Positions 20,759-31,334 are shown, counted from the first letter of the stretch. The stretch: DNA of 37,562 nt from an uncultured Limnohabitans sp. (GCA_963923185.1 CAWUNN010000001.1:1-37562); one strand, 5' to 3'. The notes: generated from the sequence alone by a model not told the origin. Made by a program: numbers and translations.

Positions 20759-22006
20759 TCAGCTCAGGCGCTTGAAGACCAAGGTGCCGTTGGTGCCGCC
20801 AAAACCAAAGTTGTTTTTCACGGCCACGTCGATGCGAGCGTCGCGAGCCACATGGGCGCAATAGTCCAGGTCACACTCGGGATCGGGCTGATGCAAATTG
20901 ATGGTGGGCGGAATCTTTTGGTGGTGCAGCGCGAGCACGGTGAAGACGCTTTCAATGCCACCTGCCCCACCCAGCAAGTGACCGGTCATGGATTTGGTGG
21001 AGCTCACCACCATGCGTTTGGCATGGTCGCCCAAGGCGGCTTTGATGGCATTGGTTTCGTTGACATCGCCCAACGGGGTGGAGGTGCCATGTGCGTTGAG
21101 GTAGTCGACCTGATCGGGGTTGACGCCGGCATTGCGCAAAGCATTGACCATGGCCCGACGTGGGCCGTCCATGTTGGGGGCGGTCATGTGGCCGGCATCG
21201 GCACTCATGCCGTAGCCACTCAGTTCGGCATAGATACGGGCACCGCGTTTTTTGGCGTGCTCGTACTCTTCAAGCACCAACACACCGGCACCTTCACCCA
21301 ACACAAAGCCATCTCGGTCTTTGTCCCAGGGGCGAGAGGCGGCCGTGGGATCATCATTGCGGGTGGACAAAGCACGCATGGCCGCAAAACCGCCAACACC
21401 CAAGGGGGACACCGTGGCTTCAGAGCCACCCGCCACCATGACATCGGCGTCGCCGTATTCAATCAGACGCCCTGCTTCGCCAATGCTGTGCAAGCCCGTG
21501 GTACAGGCGGTGACCACAGCCAAGTTGGGGCCTTTGAAACCTGTGCGCATGGACACATGCCCAGAGATCATGTTGATGATCGAGGCGGGCACAAAAAATG
21601 GAGAAATGCGACGCGGCCCGCGGCTGGTGAGTTCGCCATGGGTGTCTTCAATCAGGGGCAAGCCACCGATGCCTGAACCGATCACACAACCGATGCGCTC
21701 GGCCAACTCTTCGCTCAAGGCCTCACCCGTGGGCAAGCCCGCATCGGCCACCGCTTGGGCAGCCGCCACGATGCCGAAATGGATGAAGGCATCCATAGCC
21801 CTGGCTTCTTTGGGCGCGATGTAGGCATCCAGGTCAAGACCTTTGACCTCACCGGCAAACTTGACCGAGAAGGCACTGGCATCAAACCGGGTGATGGGAG
21901 CGATGCCAGATTGGCCAGCCAACAAATGGGCCCAGGCGTCTGCCACCGTGTTGCCAACGGGGCTGACACAACCCAGACCGGTCACGACGACGCGACGACG
22001 GCTCAT
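20759..22006 (-). CDS. fabF: Beta-ketoacyl-ACP synthase II
   Basis: [40 protein letters not shown]. Confidence 0.98.
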   Translation of the reverse strand: MSRRRVVVTGLGCVSPVGNTVADAWAHLLAGQSGIAPITRFDASAFSVKFAGEVKGLDLDAYIAPKEARAMDAFIHFGIVAAAQAVADAGLPTGEALSEELAERIGCVIGSGIGGLPLIEDTHGELTSRGPRRISPFFVPASIINMISGHVSMRTGFKGPNLAVVTACTTGLHSIGEAGRLIEYGDADVMVAGGSEATVSPLGVGGFAAMRALSTRNDDPTAASRPWDKDRDGFVLGEGAGVLVLEEYEHAKKRGARIYAELSGYGMSADAGHMTAPNMDGPRRAMVNALRNAGVNPDQVDYLNAHGTSTPLGDVNETNAIKAALGDHAKRMVVSSTKSMTGHLLGGAGGIESVFTVLALHHQKIPPTINLHQPDPECDLDYCAHVARDARIDVAVKNNFGFGGTNGTLVFKRLS

Positions 22007-22018
22007 GGGTGGTGCAAA

Positions 22019-22294
<276 letters not shown>

Positions 22295-22355
22295 TTACCC
22301 TGTCAGGACGGCAGGTTTGAAATCAAAGGCCAAAAAGTGCCCGTGGACATGGAAT

Positions 22356-23102
22356 TTACACCATGGCCATGCCACCATTGACATGCCATTCTTGTCCCGT
22401 GACGTAGGCAGCACCGGGGCTTGCCAAAAATGCGACCACGGCGGCGATGTCTGCGGGTTTGCCCAGGTGACCCAATGGAATTTGGGCCAGCAAGGCTTGT
22501 TGTTGCGCGTCAGGCAGGGCCGCAGTCATGTCGGTTTCAATGAAACCTGGCGCCACGCAGTTGACCGTGATGCCTCGGCTGCCCAACTCTTTGGCCAGTG
22601 CGCGTGTCATGCCTGCCACCCCCGCCTTAGAGGCCGCGTAATTGGCTTGCCCAGGGTTGCCCATGGCCCCCACCACACTGGTGATGTTGATGATGCGTCC
22701 CTGACGCTGCTTCATCATGGGCCGGGTGACGGCACGGCAAAGTCTGAACACTGCACGCAAATTGGTGTCCATGACGGCATCAAAATCTTCGTCTTTCAGG
22801 CGCATGGCCAGCATGTCGCGGGTGATGCCCGCGTTGTTGACCAGCACATGCAAACCCCCGTGCTCTTTGACGATGTGATCGATCAGCGCGTCGCAAGCCG
22901 CATCGTCGGTGACGTTCAGTGCCACGCCCTGAACGCGCCCTACGCCCGCCAAATTTTGGGTGATGGCCTGGGCGCCGGCCTCGGTGGTGGCGGTGCCCAC
23001 CACCGAAAAGCCTTGTCTGGCCAGTTCTTGAGCAATGGCAGCGCCAATGCCCCGGCTGGCGCCAGTCACCAATGCAACAAGAGGGGTCGAGGTGTCGTTC
23101 AT
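22356..23102 (-). CDS. fabG: 3-oxoacyl-ACP reductase
   Basis: TGASRGIG, NNAGITRD, YAASK, PGFIETDMT; start at ATG 23102. Confidence 0.97.
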   Translation of the reverse strand: MNDTSTPLVALVTGASRGIGAAIAQELARQGFSVVGTATTEAGAQAITQNLAGVGRVQGVALNVTDDAACDALIDHIVKEHGGLHVLVNNAGITRDMLAMRLKDEDFDAVMDTNLRAVFRLCRAVTRPMMKQRQGRIINITSVVGAMGNPGQANYAASKAGVAGMTRALAKELGSRGITVNCVAPGFIETDMTAALPDAQQQALLAQIPLGHLGKPADIAAVVAFLASPGAAYVTGQEWHVNGGMAMV

Positions 23103-23103
23103 G

Positions 23104-24051
23104 TCAGGCTCCGAGTGCAGCACGGGTCTCTGTCAAAGAAGTGGGGTCAAAGATGGCGCCGCTTTGTAAATCTGGGTCGATGCGCTTGACCATGCCAGCC
23201 AACACTTTGCCTGGTCCACATTCAATGATGTGGGTGGCGCCTTGGGCTTTCAAGGCTGCGATGCACTCGACCCAGCGCACTGGACCGAAGGCTTGACGGT
23301 ACAAGGCATCACGGATCGCATCGGCTTGGGTTTGCACGGTGACGTCGATGTTGTTGACCACGGCAATGCTGGGGTGTTTCAGTTCGATCTGAGCCAGGCG
23401 CTCACGCAGTCGCTCGGCGGCGGGCCTCATCAATGCGCAATGAAAGGGGGCCGACACCGGCAAAGGCAGAGCGCGTTTGGCCCCCATGGCTTTGAGGGCT
23501 TCGCAGGCACGGTCCACGGCGGCTTTGCTGCCTGCGATCACGGTTTGTCCGGGGTCATTGAAATTGGCCGCAGAGACCACGGCGTCAGCGCCTAACTCGG
23601 CCTGAACGCTGGCACACCCGTCGATGACCTGGGCTGCACTCAGACCCAAAATGGCCGCCATGGCACCTTGACCAACCGGTACCGCCTCTTGCATGGCTTG
23701 CGCTCGCAAGCGCACCAGTGGAACGGCTTGCGACAGACTGAGCACGCCGCTGGCCACCAAGGCCGAGTACTCACCCAAAGAATGACCCGCCATGGCAATC
23801 GGCATGGCCCCGCCCTCGGCTTGCCAAGCCCGCCAAGCGGCGATGGCAGCCACCAACATCACAGGCTGGGTGTTGGCGGTCAAAGCCAAGGCTTCTTTGG
23901 GCCCTTGACTGATGAGCTGGGCCAAGTTTTCACCCAAGGCATCACTGGCCTCGGTCAAGGTGGCGCGCACCGCAGGGTGATCGCCCCAGGCATCCAACAT
24001 GCCCACAGCTTGCGAGCCTTGCCCCGGAAATACAAATGCAAACGAAGTCAT
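23104..24051 (-). CDS. fabD: Malonyl-CoA:ACP transacylase
   Basis: FPGQGSQ, GHSLGEY, VSAPFH, GPGKVL. Confidence 0.98.
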   Translation of the reverse strand: MTSFAFVFPGQGSQAVGMLDAWGDHPAVRATLTEASDALGENLAQLISQGPKEALALTANTQPVMLVAAIAAWRAWQAEGGAMPIAMAGHSLGEYSALVASGVLSLSQAVPLVRLRAQAMQEAVPVGQGAMAAILGLSAAQVIDGCASVQAELGADAVVSAANFNDPGQTVIAGSKAAVDRACEALKAMGAKRALPLPVSAPFHCALMRPAAERLRERLAQIELKHPSIAVVNNIDVTVQTQADAIRDALYRQAFGPVRWVECIAALKAQGATHIIECGPGKVLAGMVKRIDPDLQSGAIFDPTSLTETRAALGA

Positions 24052-24069
24052 GAGTGGCGCTGTCCTGTG

Positions 24070-25077
24070 TCAATACTGAATGAGGGCCGCACCCCAGGTG
24101 AAACCACCCCCGACCCCTTCGAGCATGAGACGTTGCCCACGCTGAATGCGACCATCGCGCACGGCGGTGTCCAAAGCCAAAGGAATCGAAGCAGCAGAGG
24201 TGTTGCCGTGCTCTTGCACGGTCAACACCACTTTGTCCATGGGCAAACCCAGTTTACGAGCGGTGCTTTGAATGATTCTGATGTTGGCTTGGTGTGGCAC
24301 CAGCCAATCGATGTCGGTTTTTTGTAAATGGGCTTTTTGCAACACACTCAGGGCGGCCTCTTCCAAGACGCCCACGGCCAATTTAAAAACCGCTTGACCT
24401 TCCATTTTCAGCACCGGGTCGCCCAAGATTTGGCCATTTTGCACATGACCAGGCACGCACAAAATGTCCACATGTCGCCCATCGGCACGCATTTCGGTGG
24501 CCAAAATACCGCCTGGCTCAGAGCTGGCCTCTAACACCACCGCCCCGGCGCCATCGCCAAACAGCACACAAGTGGTGCGGTCCTTGAAATCGAGCAGCCT
24601 GGAAAACACCTCGGCTCCGACCACCAAAGCCCGTTTGGCATTGCCAGCGCGCAACATGGCATCGGCCACACCCAGCGCATACACAAATCCAGCACACACG
24701 GCCTGCACATCGAATGCAGGAGCCCCCAACAGACCCGCCGCCGCGGGGCTGGTTTGAGAGAGTTTGTGCTGCAAGATGCAAGCGGTCGATGGAAACACCA
24801 TGTCTGGCGTGGACGTGGCCACGATGATCAAATCAATGTCTTGAGGCTGCACGCCTGCAGCCTGCAAGGCGCGCATACTGGCCTCGAATGCCAAGTCCGA
24901 TGACTTGACACCTGCATCGACAAAGTGGCGTGCCTGAATGCCGGTGCGCTCGATGATCCATTGATCAGAGCTCTCGACTCCATCGGCGGCCAGTTGGGCC
25001 ACCAAATCGGCATTGGTCAGTCTTTTGGGGGGCAAATGACTGCCCGTGCCAATCAGGCGTGAGTGGATGGAATTCAT
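24070..25077 (-). CDS. fabH: Beta-ketoacyl-ACP synthase III
   Basis: [27 protein letters not shown]. Confidence 0.98.
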   Translation of the reverse strand: MNSIHSRLIGTGSHLPPKRLTNADLVAQLAADGVESSDQWIIERTGIQARHFVDAGVKSSDLAFEASMRALQAAGVQPQDIDLIIVATSTPDMVFPSTACILQHKLSQTSPAAAGLLGAPAFDVQAVCAGFVYALGVADAMLRAGNAKRALVVGAEVFSRLLDFKDRTTCVLFGDGAGAVVLEASSEPGGILATEMRADGRHVDILCVPGHVQNGQILGDPVLKMEGQAVFKLAVGVLEEAALSVLQKAHLQKTDIDWLVPHQANIRIIQSTARKLGLPMDKVVLTVQEHGNTSAASIPLALDTAVRDGRIQRGQRLMLEGVGGGFTWGAALIQY

Positions 25078-26117
25078 GTCTGTGATGGGGATTCACCAGG
25101 GTTGCCGATGGCACTCAACAACGGGGCGGCGTGAGCGATTCTGGCTTGTACTTTGTGCATCAATTGATGATAGGACGCATCATACGCGCGCAACAAGGCC
25201 CGCTGAAAAGCAAAGGCATCGGCAGAGCCATGGCTTTTGAACACCAGTCCACGCAACCCCAACAAAGCCGCACCGTTGTAACGCCTGTGGTCAACCTTCT
25301 TTTTAAAGGCTTTTAGCACCGGATAGGCAAAAATAGCGGCAATATAACCCAAAATGCTTGATTTAAAGCCTTCTTTGAGAAACCCGGAGACCATGGTGGC
25401 CAGGCCTTCACTGGCTTTCAGGGCCACATTGCCGACAAAACCATCACACACCACAATGTCCACAGTTCCCTTGAAAATGTCGTTGCCCTCAACATTGCCG
25501 TAAAAGTTTAAATCGCCATTTTTAGCAGCAGATCGCAACAATTCGGCAGATTTTTTGATGACTTCGTTGCCTTTGATGATTTCTTCGCCGATGTTGAGCA
25601 GGCCCACCGTGGGCTCTGTTTGCTCTTGCAAGACCGACACCAGAGCCGAACCCATGACCGCAAACTGCAGCAAGTGCTCAGGCGAGCAATCGACATTGGC
25701 CCCCATGTCCAGCATGGTGGTGGCCGTGCCTTTGGCGTTGGGGAATTGGCCAGCAATGGCGGGACGGTCGATGCCATCCAAGGTTTTGAGGACGTAGCGC
25801 GCAATGGCCATCAATGCCCCGGTGTTGCCAGCCGACACAGCGGCATGGGCATGGCCTGACTTGACCTGCTCGATGGCATACCGCATGCTGGATTGACGTT
25901 TGCGACGCAAGGCCACTTCGACGTTGTCGTCCATGGCCACCACCTCATTGGCATCGACCCAAGTGGTGCGCTCAGGCAAGACCGCGGGACGCGCGGCGGG
26001 AAGGCCCACCAAGATCAAATGGGCATCGGGCCTGGCTTTTAAGAATTGACGACAAGCCGGCAGGGTGATGGCCGGGCCATGGTCGCCCCCCATGACATCC
26101 ACAGAGATGGTGATCAT
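25074..26117 (-). CDS. plsX: Phosphate acyltransferase PlsX
   Basis: [38 protein letters not shown]. Confidence 0.97.
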   Translation of the reverse strand: MITISVDVMGGDHGPAITLPACRQFLKARPDAHLILVGLPAARPAVLPERTTWVDANEVVAMDDNVEVALRRKRQSSMRYAIEQVKSGHAHAAVSAGNTGALMAIARYVLKTLDGIDRPAIAGQFPNAKGTATTMLDMGANVDCSPEHLLQFAVMGSALVSVLQEQTEPTVGLLNIGEEIIKGNEVIKKSAELLRSAAKNGDLNFYGNVEGNDIFKGTVDIVVCDGFVGNVALKASEGLATMVSGFLKEGFKSSILGYIAAIFAYPVLKAFKKKVDHRRYNGAALLGLRGLVFKSHGSADAFAFQRALLRAYDASYHQLMHKVQARIAHAAPLLSAIGNPGESPSQT

Positions 26118-26169
26118 GGGCTTACAACCAAAGATGGGGAGTGAATGGCGGACTGACCGTCATCAAGAC

Positions 26170-26201
26170 AAAGGCCCGCGACACCAAGTGACACGGGCCT
26201 T
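26170..26201 (-). terminator. Hairpin, likely a leaky terminator between rpmF and plsX
   Basis: Minus strand AAGGCCCG...CGGGCCTT stem followed by TGTCTTG (imperfect U-tract). Confidence 0.55.
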
Positions 26202-26216
26202 GTGGATGCCAAGAGA

Positions 26217-26399
26217 TCAGGCTTCGTTTTTGGTCTTGAGGACCTTGCGACCACGGTAAAAGCCGTTGGGGCTGATGTGGTGGCGCAAATGGGTTTCACC
26301 CGTGTTGGGCTCAACGGCCAAACCTGGCACGCCCAGGGCATTGTGTGAACGGTGCATGCCGCGCTTGGACGGCGATTTTTTGTTTTGCTGAACGGCCAT
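26217..26399 (-). CDS. rpmF: 50S ribosomal protein L32
   Basis: [19 protein letters not shown]...HLRHH...GFYRGR, 60 aa, SD AGGAG; Cys-free (non-zinc) type. Confidence 0.98.
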   Translation of the reverse strand: MAVQQNKKSPSKRGMHRSHNALGVPGLAVEPNTGETHLRHHISPNGFYRGRKVLKTKNEA

Positions 26400-26483
26400 G
26401 ATGGGCTCCTGGTCGTGGAGAGAAAATGGGGCGCACATTGAAGGACCACGACCTTTGATCCGTATTCGTGCGACAAGCCCAAG

Positions 26484-26489
26484 ATTATA
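26484..26489 (-). promoter_or_regulatory. Candidate -10 box (TATAAT) for rpmF
   Basis: Perfect TATAAT on - in the yceD-rpmF spacer, about 85 nt before the ATG. Confidence 0.6.
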
Positions 26490-26502
26490 ACCTTTTTTGC
26501 GA

Positions 26503-26979
26503 TCAAGCCCCAATCTCCTGCACCGAAGCTTGCGGGCGTTGGCAGGATTCGTGTCGTGGCACCAGCGGCAGGGCCAAAATCAGTTCGTCTTCGATCAAGG
26601 TCCAGGCATCAAACTGGGTGCTGGCGACCAATAGATCTTCTTCGGCTTGGTCGTCTTGCTCTTGGGCGGCTTGCTCAGTCGAGACGAAACGAAACTCTCG
26701 ATCCACCATCAATTCTTGCTGCAAGGGCTCTAGACAGCGCTGACAAATCATATGCAAGCAGGTTTGGGCCTGTACTTGCATCCAGGTCTGATGAGCTCCG
26801 CCACGCAGCTCACGGGTCTGCCCGGACAAACTCCAGTGAACCCAACCAGAAGGCCCAGGGGCATTTTGCTCGGCTTGCAATCGGCTCAGATGGGCCAAAG
26901 ATGTTTGACCAGAGACTGAGCCCGCCTGCCTGGCGAATGCGCGCACATCAAGTCTTTGCGGGTCCCAATCTTTTTTCAT
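26503..26979 (-). CDS. yceD: YceD/DUF177 family protein
   Basis: CQRCLEP and [16 protein letters not shown]; position upstream of rpmF; start MKKDWDP at 26979. Confidence 0.92.
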   Translation of the reverse strand: MKKDWDPQRLDVRAFARQAGSVSGQTSLAHLSRLQAEQNAPGPSGWVHWSLSGQTRELRGGAHQTWMQVQAQTCLHMICQRCLEPLQQELMVDREFRFVSTEQAAQEQDDQAEEDLLVASTQFDAWTLIEDELILALPLVPRHESCQRPQASVQEIGA

Positions 26980-27005
26980 GTCTTCAGTGTAAGAGAATAT
27001 TGGGC

Positions 27006-27608
27006 ATGAATAGCTTGAATCTGACTTTGCCCCGTCCTTTGGTGCTGGGCTCGACCTCGCGCTATCGGCGCGAGTTGTTGCAGCGACTGAATGTGCCCTT
27101 TGAGGTGGCCGCCCCCGATGTCGATGAAACACCCTGGGCTGGCGAATCGCCAACCCAACTGGCTCAACGGTTGGCTTTGGCCAAAGCCCAAGCAGTGGCC
27201 GCACGTTTTCCCCAAGCTGTGGTGATCGGCTCGGACCAAGTGGCCGATTTGAATGGCACGCCTTTGGGCAAACCCTTGCAGCACGATCGAGCGGTCGAGC
27301 AGTTGCGTGCCATGAGCGCTCAGGTGGTGGTGTTTCAGACGGCGCTGGCCGTGGTGTGCCAGGCCACTGGCTTTCAGGCCCAAGATCTGGCCAGCGTCAA
27401 GGTGCGCTTTCGCGCCCTGAGTGAATCCACGATTGAAACGTATTTGCGCATCGAACAACCCTACGATTGTGCGGGCAGCGCCAAAAGTGAAGGCCTGGGC
27501 ATTGCTTTGCTGGAGTCCATCGACAACGATGACCCCACCGCTTTGGTGGGACTGCCCTTGATCCGCACCTGCCAGCTGTTGCGCCAGGCGGGCCTGCCCC
27601 TGCTGTGA
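27006..27608 (+). CDS. maf: Maf-family nucleotide pyrophosphatase (YceF type)
   Basis: LVLGSTSRYRRELL, GSDQV, GKP, CAGSAKSEGLG, LVGLPL; start at ATG 27006. Confidence 0.95.
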   Translation: MNSLNLTLPRPLVLGSTSRYRRELLQRLNVPFEVAAPDVDETPWAGESPTQLAQRLALAKAQAVAARFPQAVVIGSDQVADLNGTPLGKPLQHDRAVEQLRAMSAQVVVFQTALAVVCQATGFQAQDLASVKVRFRALSESTIETYLRIEQPYDCAGSAKSEGLGIALLESIDNDDPTALVGLPLIRTCQLLRQAGLPLL

Positions 27609-28372
27609 CGTTCATGGACAAAGGAGCCTTGTACCTGGTTCCAGCACCGCTGGATTTTGGCACCTCAGAGTCGCGGCCGTTGACCGAGGTGCTGCCCGAA
27701 CTGACCTTGCAAAAGGCCGCCGGCTTGCAGCATTGGGTCACGGAAAACGCCAAAACTTTGCGTGCATTTTTAAAACGGGTTGCAATCACTCACCCCTTGT
27801 CTTGCCCACTGCAAGCGCTGCAGGTGCAAGAGTTGCCCAGGTCCGTGCACAAGGCAGGTGACCACTTGCCCGGCTTTGATGCCCGCCACCTGTTGGAGGC
27901 GGCCCTGCAAGGGCATGATGTGGGCCTGAGCAGCGAGGCGGGCATGCCCGCTGTGGCAGATCCGGGCTCTTCGGTGGTGCGTGCCGCACATGAACTGGGC
28001 GTGCGAGTGGTGCCTTTGGTGGGACCGGTGTCACTGCTGTTGGCCTTGGCCGCCAGCGGATTGAATGGACAGAACTTTGCCTTTGTCGGCTATCTGCCGC
28101 AAGACGCCGCGCAGCGCCAGACCCGACTGAAACAGTTGGAGCAATTGGCCATCAAAACTGGGCAATCCCAGTTGTGGATTGAGACCCCGTACCGCAATGC
28201 CAGCATGTTCGAGGCCGCCTTGCTCACACTGCAACCGAACACACGTTTGTGTGTCGCTTGCGGGTTGACGCTGGCCGACAGCCAGGTTCGCACCCACACG
28301 GTGGCCCATTGGCGCCAACACCCATGGATGATTGGCGCTCAAACCCCCACCGTGTTTGCATTGGGGGTCTGA
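27605..28372 (+). CDS. SAM-dependent tetrapyrrole-methylase family protein (RsmI-like)
   Basis: LYLVP, SEAGMPAVADPG, GPVSLLLALAASG, FVGYLP, ETPYRN. Confidence 0.88.
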   Translation: MTFMDKGALYLVPAPLDFGTSESRPLTEVLPELTLQKAAGLQHWVTENAKTLRAFLKRVAITHPLSCPLQALQVQELPRSVHKAGDHLPGFDARHLLEAALQGHDVGLSSEAGMPAVADPGSSVVRAAHELGVRVVPLVGPVSLLLALAASGLNGQNFAFVGYLPQDAAQRQTRLKQLEQLAIKTGQSQLWIETPYRNASMFEAALLTLQPNTRLCVACGLTLADSQVRTHTVAHWRQHPWMIGAQTPTVFALGV

Positions 28373-28379
28373 AACCCCT

Positions 28380-29324
28380 TTAGTGGATGGTCGCCATGCC
28401 GTGCAAGGCCTTGACAGCGCCTTGACCGACGGCGGCGCCAAAGCGTTTGGCCAATCTCTCGGCCACGTTTTCCCGGCGGGTGTAGTCGATCACATCCTCA
28501 GCACCCACCACGTCCCGAGCCACCGAACCCAGGCTGCCTAATTCATCGGCCAAGCCCAACTTGATGGCTTGCTCACCCGTCCAGAACAAGCCACTGAAAA
28601 TTTCGGGGGTTTCTTTCAGGCGATCACCACGCCCCTCACGCACCACAGAGATGAACTGCTGGTGAATTTGATCCAACATGGCTTGGGCCAATGCTTTTTG
28701 GTGTTTGTTCAAAGGACTGAAAGGGTCCAGCATGCCTTTGTTCTCTCCTGCTGTGAGCAAACGGCGCTCAACCCCCAACTTGTCCATGACGCCCGTGAAG
28801 CCAAATCCATCCATGAGCACACCGATGCTGCCCACGATGCTGGCCTTGTCCACATAAATGCGATCGGCGGCGACGGCGATGTAATAGGCCGCCGACGCGC
28901 AACTGTCTTCGACCACGGCATAAACCGGTTTGTCGTGTTTAGACTTCAGGCGCTTGATCTCGTCATTGATCAAGCCCGCATGCACAGGGCTGCCACCAGG
29001 CGAGTTGACACGCAACACCACGGCCTTGGCCCCTTCGTCGTCAAAGGCTTCGCGCAATGCGTCCAACACCTCTTCGGCATCGGTTTCATTGCCAGCACCA
29101 ATCTCACCCCGGATCTCGATCAAGGCAGTGTGTGGGCCAGACACATCAGAGCCCGCCCCTGCTTTGTGCAAACCCAACCCAATCAGCGCCACCACCAATG
29201 TCAGCCAGGCCAAGCGAAAGGCAATTTTCCAGCGTCTGGCAGCACGTTGCTCAGCCACGTTTTGCAACAACAATTGTCTAAGGGTGTCGCGCTCCCACGA
29301 AGGGGCGTCTTGCATGTCGTTCAT
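28380..29324 (-). CDS. sppA: S49 family peptidase (SppA-like)
   Basis: NSPGGSP, ASAAYYIA, GSIGV, AIKLGLAD. Confidence 0.92.
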   Translation of the reverse strand: MNDMQDAPSWERDTLRQLLLQNVAEQRAARRWKIAFRLAWLTLVVALIGLGLHKAGAGSDVSGPHTALIEIRGEIGAGNETDAEEVLDALREAFDDEGAKAVVLRVNSPGGSPVHAGLINDEIKRLKSKHDKPVYAVVEDSCASAAYYIAVAADRIYVDKASIVGSIGVLMDGFGFTGVMDKLGVERRLLTAGENKGMLDPFSPLNKHQKALAQAMLDQIHQQFISVVREGRGDRLKETPEIFSGLFWTGEQAIKLGLADELGSLGSVARDVVGAEDVIDYTRRENVAERLAKRFGAAVGQGAVKALHGMATIH

Positions 29325-29331
29325 GTCAGAT

Positions 29332-29700
29332 TCAAAAGGGTACAGGTTTGAGAATGTAAGAAGTATGCCAGTGGATCACACCCTCATGCTCGCTCAGGGC
29401 AATTGGGATCAAGCCACCCCGACCTGGCCCGCCCTTGCAAGCCCCCGTGGCAGGGTCATACAAAGCGCCGTGGGTGGCGCAGATGATGAAGCGGCCACTG
29501 TCATCCATGAAACGATTGGGCTGAAAATCCAGCTCCATGGCCACATGCGTGCATCGGTTCAGATAAGCGCGCGCTTGGCCTTGGTGCCTGATGGCAAAAG
29601 CGCGACAAGTTTGCCCACCATACACCACGTCAAAGGGCACGCCCAAGCCGCCCTCGATCAACTCATGGCTGTGGCACAAAGCAATGGCCGACTCATCCAT
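29332..29700 (-). CDS. Rieske [2Fe-2S] ferredoxin-like protein
   Basis: NRCTH...CATHGALY Rieske ligands. Confidence 0.92.
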   Translation of the reverse strand: MDESAIALCHSHELIEGGLGVPFDVVYGGQTCRAFAIRHQGQARAYLNRCTHVAMELDFQPNRFMDDSGRFIICATHGALYDPATGACKGGPGRGGLIPIALSEHEGVIHWHTSYILKPVPF

Positions 29701-30346
29701 GAGTCAGCAGCCATTGGCGCAATTCAGTCACCGAATGAGCCACGCTCAAGGGGCGCCATCGGTCAAAGGCGCTGGGCTCATGCGCACCGTAGCTCACGCC
29801 AATGCTGGCGCACCCTGCATGGTGAGCCATCTCTAAATCATGGGTGGTGTCACCGATCATCAAGGTGCGCTCAGGGGATACGCCCAACTCGGACATCAGC
29901 TCTTTGAGCATCAGCGGATCGGGTTTGCCAGCGGTTTCATCGGCCGTGCGTGAACCGTCAAAGAGGTGGTGCAACTCGACGCTGTCCAAGGCCTGGTTCA
30001 GGCCGGCTCGGCTTTTGCCTGTGGCCACGGCCAGCAGGTGTTGTCGAGCGCGCAACTCATGCAACAACTCCAGCACCCCATCAAACAAACTGAGGTCATC
30101 TTGATGTTTCAGGTAATGATATCGGTACCGTTCGTTGAGCATGGGGTAACGGTCTTTGGGCACATCAGGGGCTGCGTGGGCCAAGGCTGGCATCAAGGCC
30201 ATGCCAATCACATAGGCTGCATCTTGCGCACTGGGCACTGTTCCACCGACATCGCGCACCGCCTCTTGGATGCAGCGCACGATGATGGCGGTGCTGTCAA
30301 ACAAGGTTCCGTCCCAATCAAAAGCAATCAGGTCAAAGCGACGCAA
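29693..30346 (-). CDS. HAD-IA hydrolase (phosphoglycolate-phosphatase-like)
   Basis: FDWDGTL, ATGK, KPDP, IGDTTHD; TTG start with GGAGG upstream. Confidence 0.93.
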   Translation of the reverse strand: MRRFDLIAFDWDGTLFDSTAIIVRCIQEAVRDVGGTVPSAQDAAYVIGMALMPALAHAAPDVPKDRYPMLNERYRYHYLKHQDDLSLFDGVLELLHELRARQHLLAVATGKSRAGLNQALDSVELHHLFDGSRTADETAGKPDPLMLKELMSELGVSPERTLMIGDTTHDLEMAHHAGCASIGVSYGAHEPSAFDRWRPLSVAHSVTELRQWLLTHG

Positions 30347-31334
30347 CGGGGCCTCCGGGTTGCAAGGTGTCCACGAATTGTTGCAGCTCAGCGGGCAATG
30401 GGCTCTCTAGTCGCAGGTTTTCCCCACTGCTGGGGTGGCGAAATTGCAAACGCCAAGCATGCAAAAACATGCGCTTGAGTCCCAACTTTTGTAATTTCCG
30501 GTTGGCTTCAAAGTCACCGTACTTGTCATCCCCCAAAATCGGGTGTCCGAGGCTGGCCAAATGCACCCGTATCTGATGGGTGCGACCGGTTTTGATGGTG
30601 ACTTCCAACAAAGTGCAAGAGCCCACCAGTTTCGCCACCTTGATCAAGGTGATGGCGCGCATGCCTTTGGGGCCGTCTTTAGCAACCACCCGCACTCGGC
30701 GCTCACCTTCGCCCTGGCCGTTGGGCAGCAGGTATTTTTCAAGTGGCAGATCAATCACCTTGCGGTTCGAAGGCCACTGTCCCTGAACCAAGGCCAAGTA
30801 GGTCTTGCCGGTCTCGCGATCGCGAAACTGGTCTTGCACATGTTTGAGGGCACTTCGTTTTTTGGCCACCAGCAACACGCCACTGGTCTCGCGATCCAGT
30901 CGGTGAACCAACTCCAGCATGCGGGCCATGGGTCTGGCCTGTCGCAATTGCTCGATCACCCCAAAGCTGACCCCGCTGCCCCCATGCACGGCCACACCCG
31001 AGGGCTTGTCGATGGCCAACAAGCAGTCGTCTTCGTGGAGCACAGGAAATTCACGAGCCGGGGCAGCACCCCCTTCTGATTTGGGGCTGCTCAGCCGCAA
31101 GGGCGGAACCCTGATCAAGTCATCGGTTTGGATGCGGGTATCGGCAGCGGCTCGGCCTTTGTTCAAGCGCACTTCACCCGAGCGGATGATGCGGTAAATC
31201 AAGGTTTTGGGGGCCCCTTTGAGGTGACGCATCAAAAAGTTATCCAAGCGTTGACCGTCAGACTCGGGGTCAACCCTTATATTTTGAACCTTTTGTGCAT
31301 TTCCATTCGGTTCAGCGTCTATAATGTTGTTCAC
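30333..31334 (-). CDS. rluC: 23S rRNA pseudouridine synthase RluC
   Basis: S4 domain (QRLDNFL), KPSGVAVHGG, HRLDRETSG, GRTHQIRVH; divergent from rne. Confidence 0.95.
   Translation of the reverse strand: MNNIIDAEPNGNAQKVQNIRVDPESDGQRLDNFLMRHLKGAPKTLIYRIIRSGEVRLNKGRAAADTRIQTDDLIRVPPLRLSSPKSEGGAAPAREFPVLHEDDCLLAIDKPSGVAVHGGSGVSFGVIEQLRQARPMARMLELVHRLDRETSGVLLVAKKRSALKHVQDQFRDRETGKTYLALVQGQWPSNRKVIDLPLEKYLLPNGQGEGERRVRVVAKDGPKGMRAITLIKVAKLVGSCTLLEVTIKTGRTHQIRVHLASLGHPILGDDKYGDFEANRKLQKLGLKRMFLHAWRLQFRHPSSGENLRLESPLPAELQQFVDTLQPGGPVASL
31320..31325 (+). promoter_or_regulatory. Candidate rne -10 box embedded in the first codons of rluC
   Basis: Perfect TATAAT on +, antisense to the rluC Ile-Ile codons. 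Confidence 0.55.

Noticed and set aside
26556-27204. Long overlapping N-terminal extensions of maf and yceD in the ORF track
   Set aside because: Family similarity begins at ATG 27006 and ATG 26979; the extensions are open antisense frames
28361-28380. TTGGGGGTCTGAAACCCC as a third REP copy at the methyltransferase/sppA junction
   Set aside because: Needs a 2-nt insertion to match and overlaps coding sequence; could be chance or a weak terminator hairpin
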